NCBI GenBank assembly: GCA_024239055.1
Contig: JANBVJ010000001.1
Span: 65,277-129,276 of the forward strand
Length of the DNA stretch: 64,000 nucleotides
Direction of reading: 5' to 3'
Source of the DNA: Patescibacteria group bacterium
Lineage (GTDB): Bacteria > Patescibacteriota > Minisyncoccia > Minisyncoccales > UBA10102
Below, one piece after another: positions 53,875 to 63,039 of this stretch. Made by a program: the position numbers and the translations under genes. A model generated the notes under the pieces. The model did no database searches. It saw only the letters and a program-made list of their open reading frames with translations, and was not told the origin of the DNA. The first letter of the stretch is position 1; the number at the start of each line of letters is the position of its first letter.

Positions 53875-54611
53875 AGAAACCAATTATAATTGCAAACTGG
53901 AAGATGAATCCTGAATCCGCTTCTGACGCAAGGAAGTTAGCTGGGGATGTAGCAAAAGGAGTGAAAGGAGTGAAGGCCGAGGTTGTACTCTGCCCTCCCC
54001 ATGTGTTTATTCAGGGAGTAAAAAGACCTGGTATTCAGGTTGGAGCACAGAACTGTTTTTGGAAGAACAAAGGGGCCTATACCGGAGAGATATCACCCTC
54101 AACATTAAAAAAGATGGGTTGCTCTTATGTTATTCTTGGGCATTCAGAAAGAAAAAAGTATTTGGATGAGACAATAGAGCAGATACAGAAAAAGACAAAA
54201 GCTGCCTTCGTTGCAAAACTTAAAGTAGTGATGTGTGTGGGAGAGAAGAAAAAGACGGAGAAGTCCCGCGACATTATGGAGGAGCTTCATGCGCTATTAA
54301 AGGATATGAAAACAATTAATGCCAGAAAGCTGGTTATTGTGTATGAGCCCATCTGGGCAATTAGTTCAGAATCCGGAAGTGTAGCTCTGCCAACATTGGT
54401 GCGTGACAGGGCAGCTGCTATCAGACGTATACTTGCCTGGAAGTTTGGAAAGAAAGCAGATGCAATTCCCATTCTCTATGGAGGAAGTGTAGATGCAAAG
54501 AATATAAAGCCACTAATGCGAGATGGAAACGTTCAGGGAGCCTTAGTAGGAGCGGCTTCCTTGAATGCGAAGGAATTTGTGCGTCTTGTAAAAAACTCTG
54601 TCCTAAGGTAG
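53871..54611 (+). CDS. tpiA: triosephosphate isomerase
   Basis: IIANWKMN, ILGHSERK, YEPIWAI, ILYGGSV. Confidence 0.9.
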   Translation: MKKPIIIANWKMNPESASDARKLAGDVAKGVKGVKAEVVLCPPHVFIQGVKRPGIQVGAQNCFWKNKGAYTGEISPSTLKKMGCSYVILGHSERKKYLDETIEQIQKKTKAAFVAKLKVVMCVGEKKKTEKSRDIMEELHALLKDMKTINARKLVIVYEPIWAISSESGSVALPTLVRDRAAAIRRILAWKFGKKADAIPILYGGSVDAKNIKPLMRDGNVQGALVGAASLNAKEFVRLVKNSVLR

Positions 54612-54622
54612 TATTGGGGATT

Positions 54623-55132
54623 ATGGGAGACCCAATTCAAGGACAATTTTTCAACCCAACAAAAGGCAGTCTCACCTTAGACAAGGTTATGGGTGAGATA
54701 ATTTTATATATGAAAGAACAGAATCAGAGCTTGTATGAGATTATTGTTGGCTGTGATTCTTCTGCAGTTTTGGAGCCAACCTTTCCTTTGGTTATTGTGG
54801 CACTGAGAAAACATGCGGGAGGAAGATTCTTTATGCAGCGAATAAAGTATCCTAACCGTAAGTTTCATAATCTTCATGACAGGATATTGCAGGAAGTTCT
54901 TCTTTCTTGCGAACTTGCTTTGCATCTAAGGTCTAATTTTAAAGAAATGGTACAGAAGGAAGCTCCTGAAATAAAGTATGACTTTCAATACATTCATGCC
55001 GATGTTGGCCAGAAGGGTCCTACAAAAGACATGATACGAGAAGTAACAGGACTTATACGAGGAAACGGCTTTGAGCCAAAGATTAAACCAGAATCCTTTG
55101 CCTCATCCTCCGTAGCTGACAGGTTTGCCTAA
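54623..55132 (+). CDS. DUF458 / YkuK-like RNase H-fold protein
   Basis: EIIVGCDSS matches the YkuK-family core (..vG.DSq). ATG 54623 is preferred to TTG 54614. Confidence 0.5.
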   Translation: MGDPIQGQFFNPTKGSLTLDKVMGEIILYMKEQNQSLYEIIVGCDSSAVLEPTFPLVIVALRKHAGGRFFMQRIKYPNRKFHNLHDRILQEVLLSCELALHLRSNFKEMVQKEAPEIKYDFQYIHADVGQKGPTKDMIREVTGLIRGNGFEPKIKPESFASSSVADRFA

Positions 55133-55179
55133 AGGCCGCGCATACAATGCGGCTTTTAGCTTGAGAATACGATCTTTTG

Positions 55180-55188
55180 TGGTATAAT
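55180..55188 (+). promoter_or_regulatory. extended -10 promoter TGgTATAAT, very short leader
   Basis: TATAAT 55183-55188, 9 nt before the ATG at 55198. Confidence 0.5.
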
Positions 55189-55197
55189 GGGGAAATT

Positions 55198-56220
55198 ATG
55201 AAGCAAAAGAAAGTAATCGTTGCGCTTTCAGGAGGAGTAGATTCTTCTGTATCAGCCGCTCTCTTAAAGAGGGATGGTTTTGATGTTGTTGGAGTATTTA
55301 TGAAGTGCTGGGTAGAAGGCAAAAAGTGCACATCTGGCGAAGACGAAAAGATGGCCAGAATGTCTGCCGTAAAGATAGGTATTCCCTTCTATTCTTTAGA
55401 TTTAATAAAGGACTACAGAAAAAGAGTTGTGGACTATATGCTTAAGGGATATGAGAAGGGTATTACTCCAAATCCAGATGTTATGTGTAATAAAGAGATT
55501 AAGTTTGGTTTGTTTTATGAAAAAGCTCTTTTAATGGGAGCAGATTATGTAGCAACTGGACATTATGCTCAAGTGGAGGATGGTAAAATATTAGTAGGAA
55601 AAGATTCTAATAAAGACCAGTCTTACTTTCTTTCAATGATTGATGCCTCCGTACTTTCAAAGGTGCTCTTTCCAATAGGAAAGTACACAAAGCCAGAAGT
55701 AAGAGTAATGGCAAAGAAGTTTGGTCTTCCTGCTGCAGAACGTCCAGATTCCCAGGGTTTGTGCTTTATTGGTAATGTAGATTTTAAAGACTTTTTGAGT
55801 GACTTTATTCCAGAATCTAAGGGTAAGATTGTAGATATGGAAGGTAGGGTTGTTGGTTCGCATCCCGGTGTCTGGTTTTATACTATAGGACAGAGAAAGG
55901 GGATTGGATTGTCAGGAGGTCCTTTCTTTGTGGTAGAGAAGAATAGGAAGGATAATACCTTAATTGTAAGCAGGAATGAAAAGGACTTATATAAAAAAGA
56001 ACTTCGAGTAAGAAATCTTAACTGGTTTGAGAAAGATATACCAGAAAGGATATCAGCTCGTATACGTTATCGTCAGAAGCCGGCTTCCTGTAAGGTAATA
56101 AAAGAAAAGGATGGTTCATTACGTCTTGTATTTGTAACCCCACAGCGCGCCATAGCTCCAGGGCAGGCTGCTGTACTGTATAATGGTTCTGAAATGTTAG
56201 GTGGAGGAATAATTGCGTAA
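55198..56220 (+). CDS. mnmA: tRNA-specific 2-thiouridylase MnmA
   Basis: KVIVALSGGVDSSVSAALL PP-loop. The CNKEIKF and GLCFIG catalytic Cys motifs are present. Confidence 0.9.
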   Translation: MKQKKVIVALSGGVDSSVSAALLKRDGFDVVGVFMKCWVEGKKCTSGEDEKMARMSAVKIGIPFYSLDLIKDYRKRVVDYMLKGYEKGITPNPDVMCNKEIKFGLFYEKALLMGADYVATGHYAQVEDGKILVGKDSNKDQSYFLSMIDASVLSKVLFPIGKYTKPEVRVMAKKFGLPAAERPDSQGLCFIGNVDFKDFLSDFIPESKGKIVDMEGRVVGSHPGVWFYTIGQRKGIGLSGGPFFVVEKNRKDNTLIVSRNEKDLYKKELRVRNLNWFEKDIPERISARIRYRQKPASCKVIKEKDGSLRLVFVTPQRAIAPGQAAVLYNGSEMLGGGIIA

Positions 56221-56223
56221 TAC

Positions 56224-57960
56224 ATGACTTCTTTTGAACTAAGAAAACAATTTCTTTCATTCTTTAAAAAGAACAATCATATTGTTGTTCCATCTTCCTC
56301 TCTTATTCCAGATGATCCGTCTGTTCTGTTAACTTCAGCTGGCATGCAGCAGTTTAAGTCATATTATACGGGAGCTGCCGATCCCATGGTTTCGCCTCAC
56401 TTATCTTTGAAAGGAAAGCCAATTGGAGGAGTTAATGTTGTTTCTATTCAAAAGTCCTTTCGTACCTCAGATATTGACGAAGTAGGGGATGAATCCCACC
56501 TGACATTCTTTGAGATGATGGGGAACTTTTCCTTCGGGGGATATTTTAAAGAGGAAGCCATAAAATACGCAAAGGAGTTTTTAGATTCTATTGATATTAC
56601 AATAGATTATGTGACTGTCTTTAAGGGCGATAAAGATGTACCAAAAGATGAGGAATCTATAAAGATTTGGAATGAACTTGGCTTCTCACAAGAAAAAGGT
56701 AATTTAAAACTTGAGAACAAAGAAGAGAACTTCTGGGGTCCGACTGGGAGCGAAGGTCCATGCGGTCCTACTACTGAGATTTTTGTTAATGGAGTTGAGG
56801 TATGGAATATAGTATTTAATGAATATTATTGCGGCGCTGATGGAAAGCTCACAAAACTTAAAAAGTCTGGAATTGATACTGGTATGGGACTTGAGCGTCT
56901 GTCTATGGTTTCCCAAGAAAAGAAGATTATATTTGAGACAGATTTGTTCAAACCCATTGCAGATGCAGTACCCTCGTCTTTGGATGAGCGAGTAAAAAGG
57001 GTATGCGCTGATCACGCAAGATCCATTGTGTTTTTAGTGGGAGATGGAATAAGACCTTCAAACAAGGAGGCTGGATATATTCTAAGACGTTTGATGCGCC
57101 GGGTTTTAGTGTATGAAAATCTTTATAAGGATGATGGATATGATACCCTGCCTCTTTTAAAAAAGGCAGTTGAAATGTTTTCTGAGTTTTATTCAGAGAT
57201 AAAGGAAGACGATATTATCTCTGTATTTTCGCAAGAGAAGACAAAATTCCAAACAACGCTGGCTAAGGGATTAAAAGAACTAGAGCGAGTAGATAGTCTT
57301 GATGCAAAATCTGCGTTTAGACTTTATGAGAGTTTTGGTCTTCCATATGAGATAATAAAGGAATTAGGAGGAAAAAAGGCAGAATCCTTGGTGCAAGAGG
57401 ATTTTGATGAACAACTAGATAAACACAGAGAGATCTCAAGAGCCGGGCAGGAGCGTAAGTTTGGAGGGCATGGCTTGTTATTAGATACAGGAGAGCTAAA
57501 AGCGGCTGACGAGGAAGAGCTAAATATTGTCACGCGTCTGCATACGGCCACCCATCTTTTGCAGGCAGCTCTTCGTGAGGTTCTGGGAAATGAAGTTGAG
57601 CAGGCGGGTTCTGACATTACAGCTGATCGTACAAGGTTTGACTTTACCTTTGAGCGAAAGTTAAATGATAAGGAAGTAAAAGCAGTGGAAGATTTAGTTA
57701 ATAAGGCTATTAAGGACAATTTGAAGGTTGAGGAAAAAGAGATGTCTTATCAAGATGCAATTAAAACACAGGCTCTCCACTTTGCAAAAGAGAAATATCC
57801 AGCTACGGTAAAGGTATACTCTATGGGAACATTTTCAAAAGAGCTATGTGGGGGTCCACACGTATCTCAAACCAAAGAGATTGGTAAGTTTAAGATTGCA
57901 AAGCAGGAATCGGTGGCTGCTGGAGTACGCAGAATAAGAGGAATTATTGAGGAAGCATAA
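56224..57960 (+). CDS. alaS: alanine--tRNA ligase, short form (578 aa, no C-Ala domain)
   Basis: FLSFFKKNNHIVVPSSSLIP...LLTSAGMQQFK, and editing-domain motifs HTATHLLQAAL and CGGPHV. The ORF ends ~30 aa after CGGPHV. Confidence 0.85.
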   Translation: MTSFELRKQFLSFFKKNNHIVVPSSSLIPDDPSVLLTSAGMQQFKSYYTGAADPMVSPHLSLKGKPIGGVNVVSIQKSFRTSDIDEVGDESHLTFFEMMGNFSFGGYFKEEAIKYAKEFLDSIDITIDYVTVFKGDKDVPKDEESIKIWNELGFSQEKGNLKLENKEENFWGPTGSEGPCGPTTEIFVNGVEVWNIVFNEYYCGADGKLTKLKKSGIDTGMGLERLSMVSQEKKIIFETDLFKPIADAVPSSLDERVKRVCADHARSIVFLVGDGIRPSNKEAGYILRRLMRRVLVYENLYKDDGYDTLPLLKKAVEMFSEFYSEIKEDDIISVFSQEKTKFQTTLAKGLKELERVDSLDAKSAFRLYESFGLPYEIIKELGGKKAESLVQEDFDEQLDKHREISRAGQERKFGGHGLLLDTGELKAADEEELNIVTRLHTATHLLQAALREVLGNEVEQAGSDITADRTRFDFTFERKLNDKEVKAVEDLVNKAIKDNLKVEEKEMSYQDAIKTQALHFAKEKYPATVKVYSMGTFSKELCGGPHVSQTKEIGKFKIAKQESVAAGVRRIRGIIEEA

Positions 57961-58865
57961 TGAAGATACCGTTTTTCAAACCTAAAGAAAAACCTGAGAG
58001 CAGATGGTTGGTTTTAGATGTTGAGGATTCAATGATTCAGTATGGCATTGGGGTTCAGAGAGAAGGGAGTTCCCATGTTACGCATTGCGGGGAGGAAGAG
58101 ATAAAAGATAACTGGGAATCTGGACTTGAGACATTTCTTGATTCATTTAAAAAGGTTCATATCTCACCTTCTCGTGCGATTGTTAGTCTGCCATCATCCG
58201 TGTCAAAAGCTTGTATCTTTAAGCAGAGGGTATTACGTGGAGAGGGGAGTGGTGTTATTAAGAAAGCTGAAGCTAGTGAAATAGCAAATAGAGTTATTGA
58301 AATTGCAGGAAAGAAAATGGCTTTTCAGGTGGCAGAAGAAACTGGTATTCCTCCAGTTGAATGGATGTTCCTGCGTCTCGCTATTATTGGAATGTCACTT
58401 GACGGATATGATACAGGGGAGTTGAAGGGGAATAATACTCACGATATGGAGTTTACGGTATTGGGAACTCTTTGTTTGAAGTCCGCATTTACCTCACTTG
58501 AGAATCTTTTTAGTAAGACGAATATAACCGTAGAGCGTGTTGTTGACGAGATAGAAGGAATTGATTCTTTTGGGCAAGACGGTGTGTATATGAATGCAGG
58601 GGAATCAGGCGCACGCCTAGTGCTTCTGCAAGGTGGTTCTGTAAAGGATATGGTGCATATAAATAGTTCAGATATTACGCAACAGGTTAACCAGGCAACA
58701 TTAGCATGGCAGCAGCCCGCATCTGTCTTTGCCTATGGCAGAGGTCTATCTGATTTTAGGCATACCTCTCTTTTTCCAGAGCATATTCTTACCATATTTC
58801 CTTCTGAAATGGCACAACAGACACAATATACACCATTAGCTTTTCTTTGTTATGCCGCATCCTAA
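57960..58865 (+). CDS. hypothetical protein
   Basis: 301-aa ORF, contiguous with alaS (start follows the alaS TAA stop with no gap). No motif recognised. Confidence 0.4.
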   Translation: MKIPFFKPKEKPESRWLVLDVEDSMIQYGIGVQREGSSHVTHCGEEEIKDNWESGLETFLDSFKKVHISPSRAIVSLPSSVSKACIFKQRVLRGEGSGVIKKAEASEIANRVIEIAGKKMAFQVAEETGIPPVEWMFLRLAIIGMSLDGYDTGELKGNNTHDMEFTVLGTLCLKSAFTSLENLFSKTNITVERVVDEIEGIDSFGQDGVYMNAGESGARLVLLQGGSVKDMVHINSSDITQQVNQATLAWQQPASVFAYGRGLSDFRHTSLFPEHILTIFPSEMAQQTQYTPLAFLCYAAS

Positions 58866-60096
58866 AAAAATATTAGATATTATACCGCCAAAGGATTTTG
58901 GCGATAAGATTCGCGCAATTACGCCAAAGATAGAGCAAAAACCTAAAAGAAAGCCTATAAAGATACCTGTTCTTAAACTAAGCATTGTATTTATTATTCT
59001 GCTTTTAGTTGGAGGAGTTCTTACGATTCACTTTGTATTTCAAAAAGCCACCATAACCGTATGGCCAGAAACTAAAGAGGTAAGTATAACTCAGAGGATT
59101 GTCGTTGCAACAGAAATAGAAGAGATTGATATAGAGGAGCCTCAAATTCCCGGAGTTACCCTTTCTATTGAGAAGGAAGCTACTCAGCTCTTTGACGCCA
59201 CTGGCTTTAAAGCTAGCGCAATAAAGTCTAATGGGTCAATCAGAGTCTTTAACGAACGTTCTGTTACTCAGATTTTGATTGTAAATACAAGATTTACATC
59301 AGAAGATGGATTTGTGTTTCTTACTACAAAACGTATTGTAATTCCTGCGCAAAAGGGATCAACCCCTGGGTTCTTAGATGTTGCGGTAGTGGCGGCAGAA
59401 CCAGGACCTGATTACAATATTGCGGCCTCCAGCTTCTCAGTCCCTGGTTTGGCAGGCTCAACCATTTATACAATGGTATATGGTGAGTCAGAGCAAGCTA
59501 TGCAAGGTGGTTCCGTGGGTGATACAAGAGTGGTTACTCAGGAAGATATTGATAAAGCTGAGGAATCTTTGATTGCAATTGTTACATCGCGGGCAAAAAG
59601 AGGTTTGAGAGCACAGATTCCTCAAGGATTTGTCTTGGCAGACGAAGCATTTTTTGTGGATGTTCTAGAATCTTCTTCAGCTATAAAGTCGGGAGCGGCT
59701 TTAACGCAGTTTAACTACTCTGTAACTTTGTTAGTGAAAGCAATTGCATTTAAAACTTCTGATTTGGAAGAACTTTCTCGTTCTCTTCTTGCTGATGCTG
59801 CGGAAGAGGGGAAGAGTTTAAATAGCAAAACCTTTTATATGATATATAAGGTGAAAGACTTAAATGTGGATGATGGATGGCTTGATATGGATGTTACATC
59901 TTCAGCTGATTCTTATGTGCTAATTGATACTAATGGGTTTATTGAACTCGTGGCGGGTACAACTCCGTTTACCGCAGAAGCTCTATTGAATGGAGAAGAT
60001 GGTGTTTTTAAAACCCAGGTTAATTTGTCGCCATTCTGGCTTACGAAGATTCCTGCAGCTTCAGAAAAGACTGAGATTACGGTATATGTTGACTAA
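58852..60096 (+). CDS. N-terminally anchored hypothetical protein
   Basis: 414 aa. KILDIIPPK N-terminus followed by the TM helix LSIVFIILLLVGGVLTIHFVF. Overlaps the upstream gene by 14 nt. Confidence 0.45.
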   Translation: MPHPKKILDIIPPKDFGDKIRAITPKIEQKPKRKPIKIPVLKLSIVFIILLLVGGVLTIHFVFQKATITVWPETKEVSITQRIVVATEIEEIDIEEPQIPGVTLSIEKEATQLFDATGFKASAIKSNGSIRVFNERSVTQILIVNTRFTSEDGFVFLTTKRIVIPAQKGSTPGFLDVAVVAAEPGPDYNIAASSFSVPGLAGSTIYTMVYGESEQAMQGGSVGDTRVVTQEDIDKAEESLIAIVTSRAKRGLRAQIPQGFVLADEAFFVDVLESSSAIKSGAALTQFNYSVTLLVKAIAFKTSDLEELSRSLLADAAEEGKSLNSKTFYMIYKVKDLNVDDGWLDMDVTSSADSYVLIDTNGFIELVAGTTPFTAEALLNGEDGVFKTQVNLSPFWLTKIPAASEKTEITVYVD

Positions 60097-60117
60097 TCTT
60101 CTATTTTTTGGTATTCT
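60089..60117 (+). promoter_or_regulatory. promoter TTGACT-N17-TGgTATTCT upstream of infA
   Basis: TTGACT 60089-60094 and TATTCT 60112-60117, with a T-tract in the spacer. Confidence 0.55.
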
Positions 60118-60132
60118 ATCTGTTGTATAAGA

Positions 60133-60372
60133 ATGAGCAACTCAGCTCAACAACCTATTGTTCGTAAGGGTGAGGTTATTGAAGCCTTACCAAGCTTACA
60201 TTTTCGTATCCGTATGGAAGATGACGAAAAAGAAATCATTGGGTATTTGGCTGGAAAACTCAGAATGCACCGTATTCGCATTCTTCCTGGAGATACAGTA
60301 CAAGTTGAGATGAACTCGTATGATGATACAAAGGGTAGGATTGTGTATAGAGGTGAAAAGAGAAATACATGA
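60133..60372 (+). CDS. infA: translation initiation factor IF-1
   Basis: [46 protein letters not shown]. Confidence 0.93.
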   Translation: MSNSAQQPIVRKGEVIEALPSLHFRIRMEDDEKEIIGYLAGKLRMHRIRILPGDTVQVEMNSYDDTKGRIVYRGEKRNT

Positions 60373-60482
60373 AGGTAAGATCATCAGTAAAAAAAATATG
60401 CAAGGACTGCAAGACAGTGAAAAGAAAGAGACGATTATATGTTATTTGTATAAATCCCAAGCATAAACAGCGACAGGGATAA
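60369..60482 (+). CDS. rpmJ: 50S ribosomal protein L36 (37 aa; below ORF-track cutoff)
   Basis: [37 protein letters not shown], read by hand. The ATGA overlaps the infA stop. Confidence 0.85.
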   Translation: MKVRSSVKKICKDCKTVKRKRRLYVICINPKHKQRQG

Positions 60483-60501
60483 TTTTTATATTTACGATAT
60501 C

Positions 60502-60891
60502 ATGCCAAGAATTTTAGGAGTAAACATTCCAGACAACAAAAGAATCGTTATAGCATTAACCTATGTTCATGGTGTTGGGCCTGCCTTAAGCAGAAAACTC
60601 TTGAAGGCAGCAAAGATTGACGAGAATAAAAAGGCGTCTTCTTTAACTCCAGAAGAGTTGAATAAGATAAGGGCAATTGCAGAAAAAGATTACAAGACAG
60701 AGGGCGAGTTGAGACGAGAAACATTAACAAGCATTCGAAGATTACGGGATATTGGTTCCTGGCGTGGGATGAGGCATTCAAAGCGTCTGCCTGTTCGAGG
60801 CCAGAGAACGAAGACCAATAATAGAACTGTGAGGGGTAATGTAAGAAAAACAGTGGGTTCAGGTAAAAGACCTGCAGCCACACCTACTTAA
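60502..60891 (+). CDS. rpsM: 30S ribosomal protein S13
   Basis: MPRILGVNIPDNKRIVIALTYVHGVG. Confidence 0.95.
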   Translation: MPRILGVNIPDNKRIVIALTYVHGVGPALSRKLLKAAKIDENKKASSLTPEELNKIRAIAEKDYKTEGELRRETLTSIRRLRDIGSWRGMRHSKRLPVRGQRTKTNNRTVRGNVRKTVGSGKRPAATPT

Positions 60892-60896
60892 TATTT

Positions 60897-61337
60897 ATGG
60901 GAAAGAAACGAGTTATTAAAAAAACAGGAGGTCAGGGAGGCCAGGATACCCTTGCCACGATTGTTAGAAAGGCTGCTGCTACAAAGAAGAAGTTTACAGA
61001 TGCAAGGATTTACATCTCCTCCTCCTATAACAATACCTTAATGACGTTAACCGATGAAAAAGGTAATGCTGCTTTTTCTATGTCGGCGGGACGTTTGGGA
61101 TTTCGTGGAACTAGAAAATCTACTCCGTTTGCCGCCGCCAAAGTGGCTGACGCATTAACCGAGGCTGCTCGTACTATGGGAGTAAAAAACATTGCAATTT
61201 ATGTAAAAGGCATAGGTTCTGGACGAGATTCAGCTTTACGTTCCTTTGCCGGAAAAGATTTTGATATTGTAAAGATTGAAGACGTAACTCCAATTCCGCA
61301 TAACGGTCCAAGAGCCAAGAAACCAAGAAGAGTATAA
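60897..61337 (+). CDS. rpsK: 30S ribosomal protein S11
   Basis: ARIYISSSYNNTLMTLTDEKGN...DVTPIPHNGPRAKKPRRV. Confidence 0.95.
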   Translation: MGKKRVIKKTGGQGGQDTLATIVRKAAATKKKFTDARIYISSSYNNTLMTLTDEKGNAAFSMSAGRLGFRGTRKSTPFAAAKVADALTEAARTMGVKNIAIYVKGIGSGRDSALRSFAGKDFDIVKIEDVTPIPHNGPRAKKPRRV

Positions 61338-61342
61338 GTATC

Positions 61343-61867
61343 ATGCAAACAGGAGTTGTAAGAAAAAGAAGAATGAGGCAGGTTTCTGAGTACGGACGCC
61401 AACTGCAAGAAAAACAGGAGTTAAAGCGCCAGTATAATTTGCGTGAGCGCCAGTTTAAAAATTATATAACAGGAGTTTTGCAAAAGACTGGAAAGGAGAA
61501 CGCAGCTGAACTTTTAATGCGCTCTTTGGAATCCAGACTGGATAGTACCGTCTTTCGTATGGGAATAGCAGAAACCAGAAGGGGAGCAAAGCAGATGGTT
61601 TCGCATGGTCACTTTTTAGTGAACAAAAAAAGGGTAGATATTCCTTCCCTTAAGTTAAAAAAAGGAGATGTTATTACACTCCGTCCAGCTTCCCTTGGGA
61701 AACCTTTATTCAAGCAGTCACAGATGAAATTAAAAAAGCATGAGGCGCCAAGCTGGTTAAAATTAGATAAAGAGAAAATTGAGGCTGAGGTATTAGGAGA
61801 GGCAAAGTTGGATGAAGTCGCTCCGACTGTTGAGATTCCTCTTATATTTGAATTCTATTCAAGATAA
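61343..61867 (+). CDS. rpsD: 30S ribosomal protein S4, N-terminally short (174 aa)
   Basis: SEYGRQLQEKQELKRQYNLRERQFKNY and an S4 RNA-binding domain. About 35 N-terminal residues of typical S4 are absent. Confidence 0.9.
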   Translation: MQTGVVRKRRMRQVSEYGRQLQEKQELKRQYNLRERQFKNYITGVLQKTGKENAAELLMRSLESRLDSTVFRMGIAETRRGAKQMVSHGHFLVNKKRVDIPSLKLKKGDVITLRPASLGKPLFKQSQMKLKKHEAPSWLKLDKEKIEAEVLGEAKLDEVAPTVEIPLIFEFYSR

Positions 61868-61887
61868 TAGTATAAATACTAACCATT

Positions 61888-62679
61888 ATGATTTCATTAT
61901 CAAAAGCAACAAAAGTAATAGAAAAGTCCGCAACACACGGAATCTTTGAGATTGAGGGTTTGTACCCGGGATACGGTGTAACAGTAGGAAACAGTCTGAG
62001 ACGTGTACTATTATCCTCTTTGGAGGGAGCTGCTGTCACACAGGTAAAGATAAAAGGAGCAAGTCATGAGTTTTCAACCATTCCAGGTGTGGCAGAAGAT
62101 GTGCTGACTATTCTTCTAAACTTAAAGCAGTTACGATTTATTACAGTAGGTTCTGACCCCCAAACAGCTAGCTTAAAGGTTAAGGGAGAGAAAAAGATAA
62201 AAGCCTCGGACTTTAAACTTCCAACTCAGATTCAGTTGGCAAACAAGGATTTACATATTGCTACGGTAACTGATAAAAAGACCGAGTTTGATCTTGAGAT
62301 TGTTATTGAAAAAGGAGTGGGATATGTTTCCTCTGAAGCGAGACAAAAGGGAAAGCAGGAAATTGGAACGATGTCCCTGGATGCTATCTTTACTCCGGTT
62401 AAGAGAGTTAGTTACAGTGTAAAGAATATGCGGGTTGGGGAGAGGACTGACTTTGATCGCCTGACTCTAGATATTGAGACAGATGGAACTATTGACCCTG
62501 AAGCTGCCCTAGCGCAAGCGTCAGATATATTAGTTGAGCAGTTTCAAATCGTAGGAGAAGGATTGGTCAAAGAAGAGCTAAAGGCGCCTGCAAAGAAAGC
62601 CCCGGCTAAAAAGAAGACGGTAAAAAAGACCGTTTCAAAAAAGGCCTCAGCTAAAAAGACCACAAAAAAGAAGAAGTAA
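61888..62679 (+). CDS. rpoA: RNA polymerase alpha subunit, N-terminal domain only plus Lys-rich tail
   Basis: GYGVTVGNSLRRVLLSSLEGAAVT identifies the alpha NTD. The protein ends KAPAKKAPAKKKTVKKTVSKKASAKKTTKKKK at aa 263, and no alpha-CTD sequence follows. Confidence 0.9.
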   Translation: MISLSKATKVIEKSATHGIFEIEGLYPGYGVTVGNSLRRVLLSSLEGAAVTQVKIKGASHEFSTIPGVAEDVLTILLNLKQLRFITVGSDPQTASLKVKGEKKIKASDFKLPTQIQLANKDLHIATVTDKKTEFDLEIVIEKGVGYVSSEARQKGKQEIGTMSLDAIFTPVKRVSYSVKNMRVGERTDFDRLTLDIETDGTIDPEAALAQASDILVEQFQIVGEGLVKEELKAPAKKAPAKKKTVKKTVSKKASAKKTTKKKK

Positions 62680-62681
62680 AC

Positions 62682-63032
62682 ATGAGAAAGCGCATTCAGA
62701 TAACTAAATTTGGCAGACAAGCTGCACCAAGAAAAGCATTACTCTCAAGTATTGCACGCGCTTTGTTTATAAAAGGAAAGATTACTACTACAGAAGCCAA
62801 AGCCAAAGCTATTTCGTCTTTGGCTGAACGTATTATTACCAAAAGCAGGAAAGGGGATCTTACAGCTACTAGATTCCTGTCTACTTATTTTGACAAGCCA
62901 ACAGTGAAGAAGATTATAGAAGAGATAGTTCCAAAGTATAAAGAGAGAGCAGGCGGGTATACCAGAGTTATTAAACTCGGTCCTAGAAAGTCAGACGGAG
63001 CTCGCATGGCAGTTATTGAATTTATTGAATAA
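62682..63032 (+). CDS. rplQ: 50S ribosomal protein L17
   Basis: KFGRQAAPRKALLSSIARALFIKGKITTTEAKAK...GGYTRVIKLGPRKSDGA. Confidence 0.93.
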   Translation: MRKRIQITKFGRQAAPRKALLSSIARALFIKGKITTTEAKAKAISSLAERIITKSRKGDLTATRFLSTYFDKPTVKKIIEEIVPKYKERAGGYTRVIKLGPRKSDGARMAVIEFIE

Positions 63033-63039
63033 TGTAATC

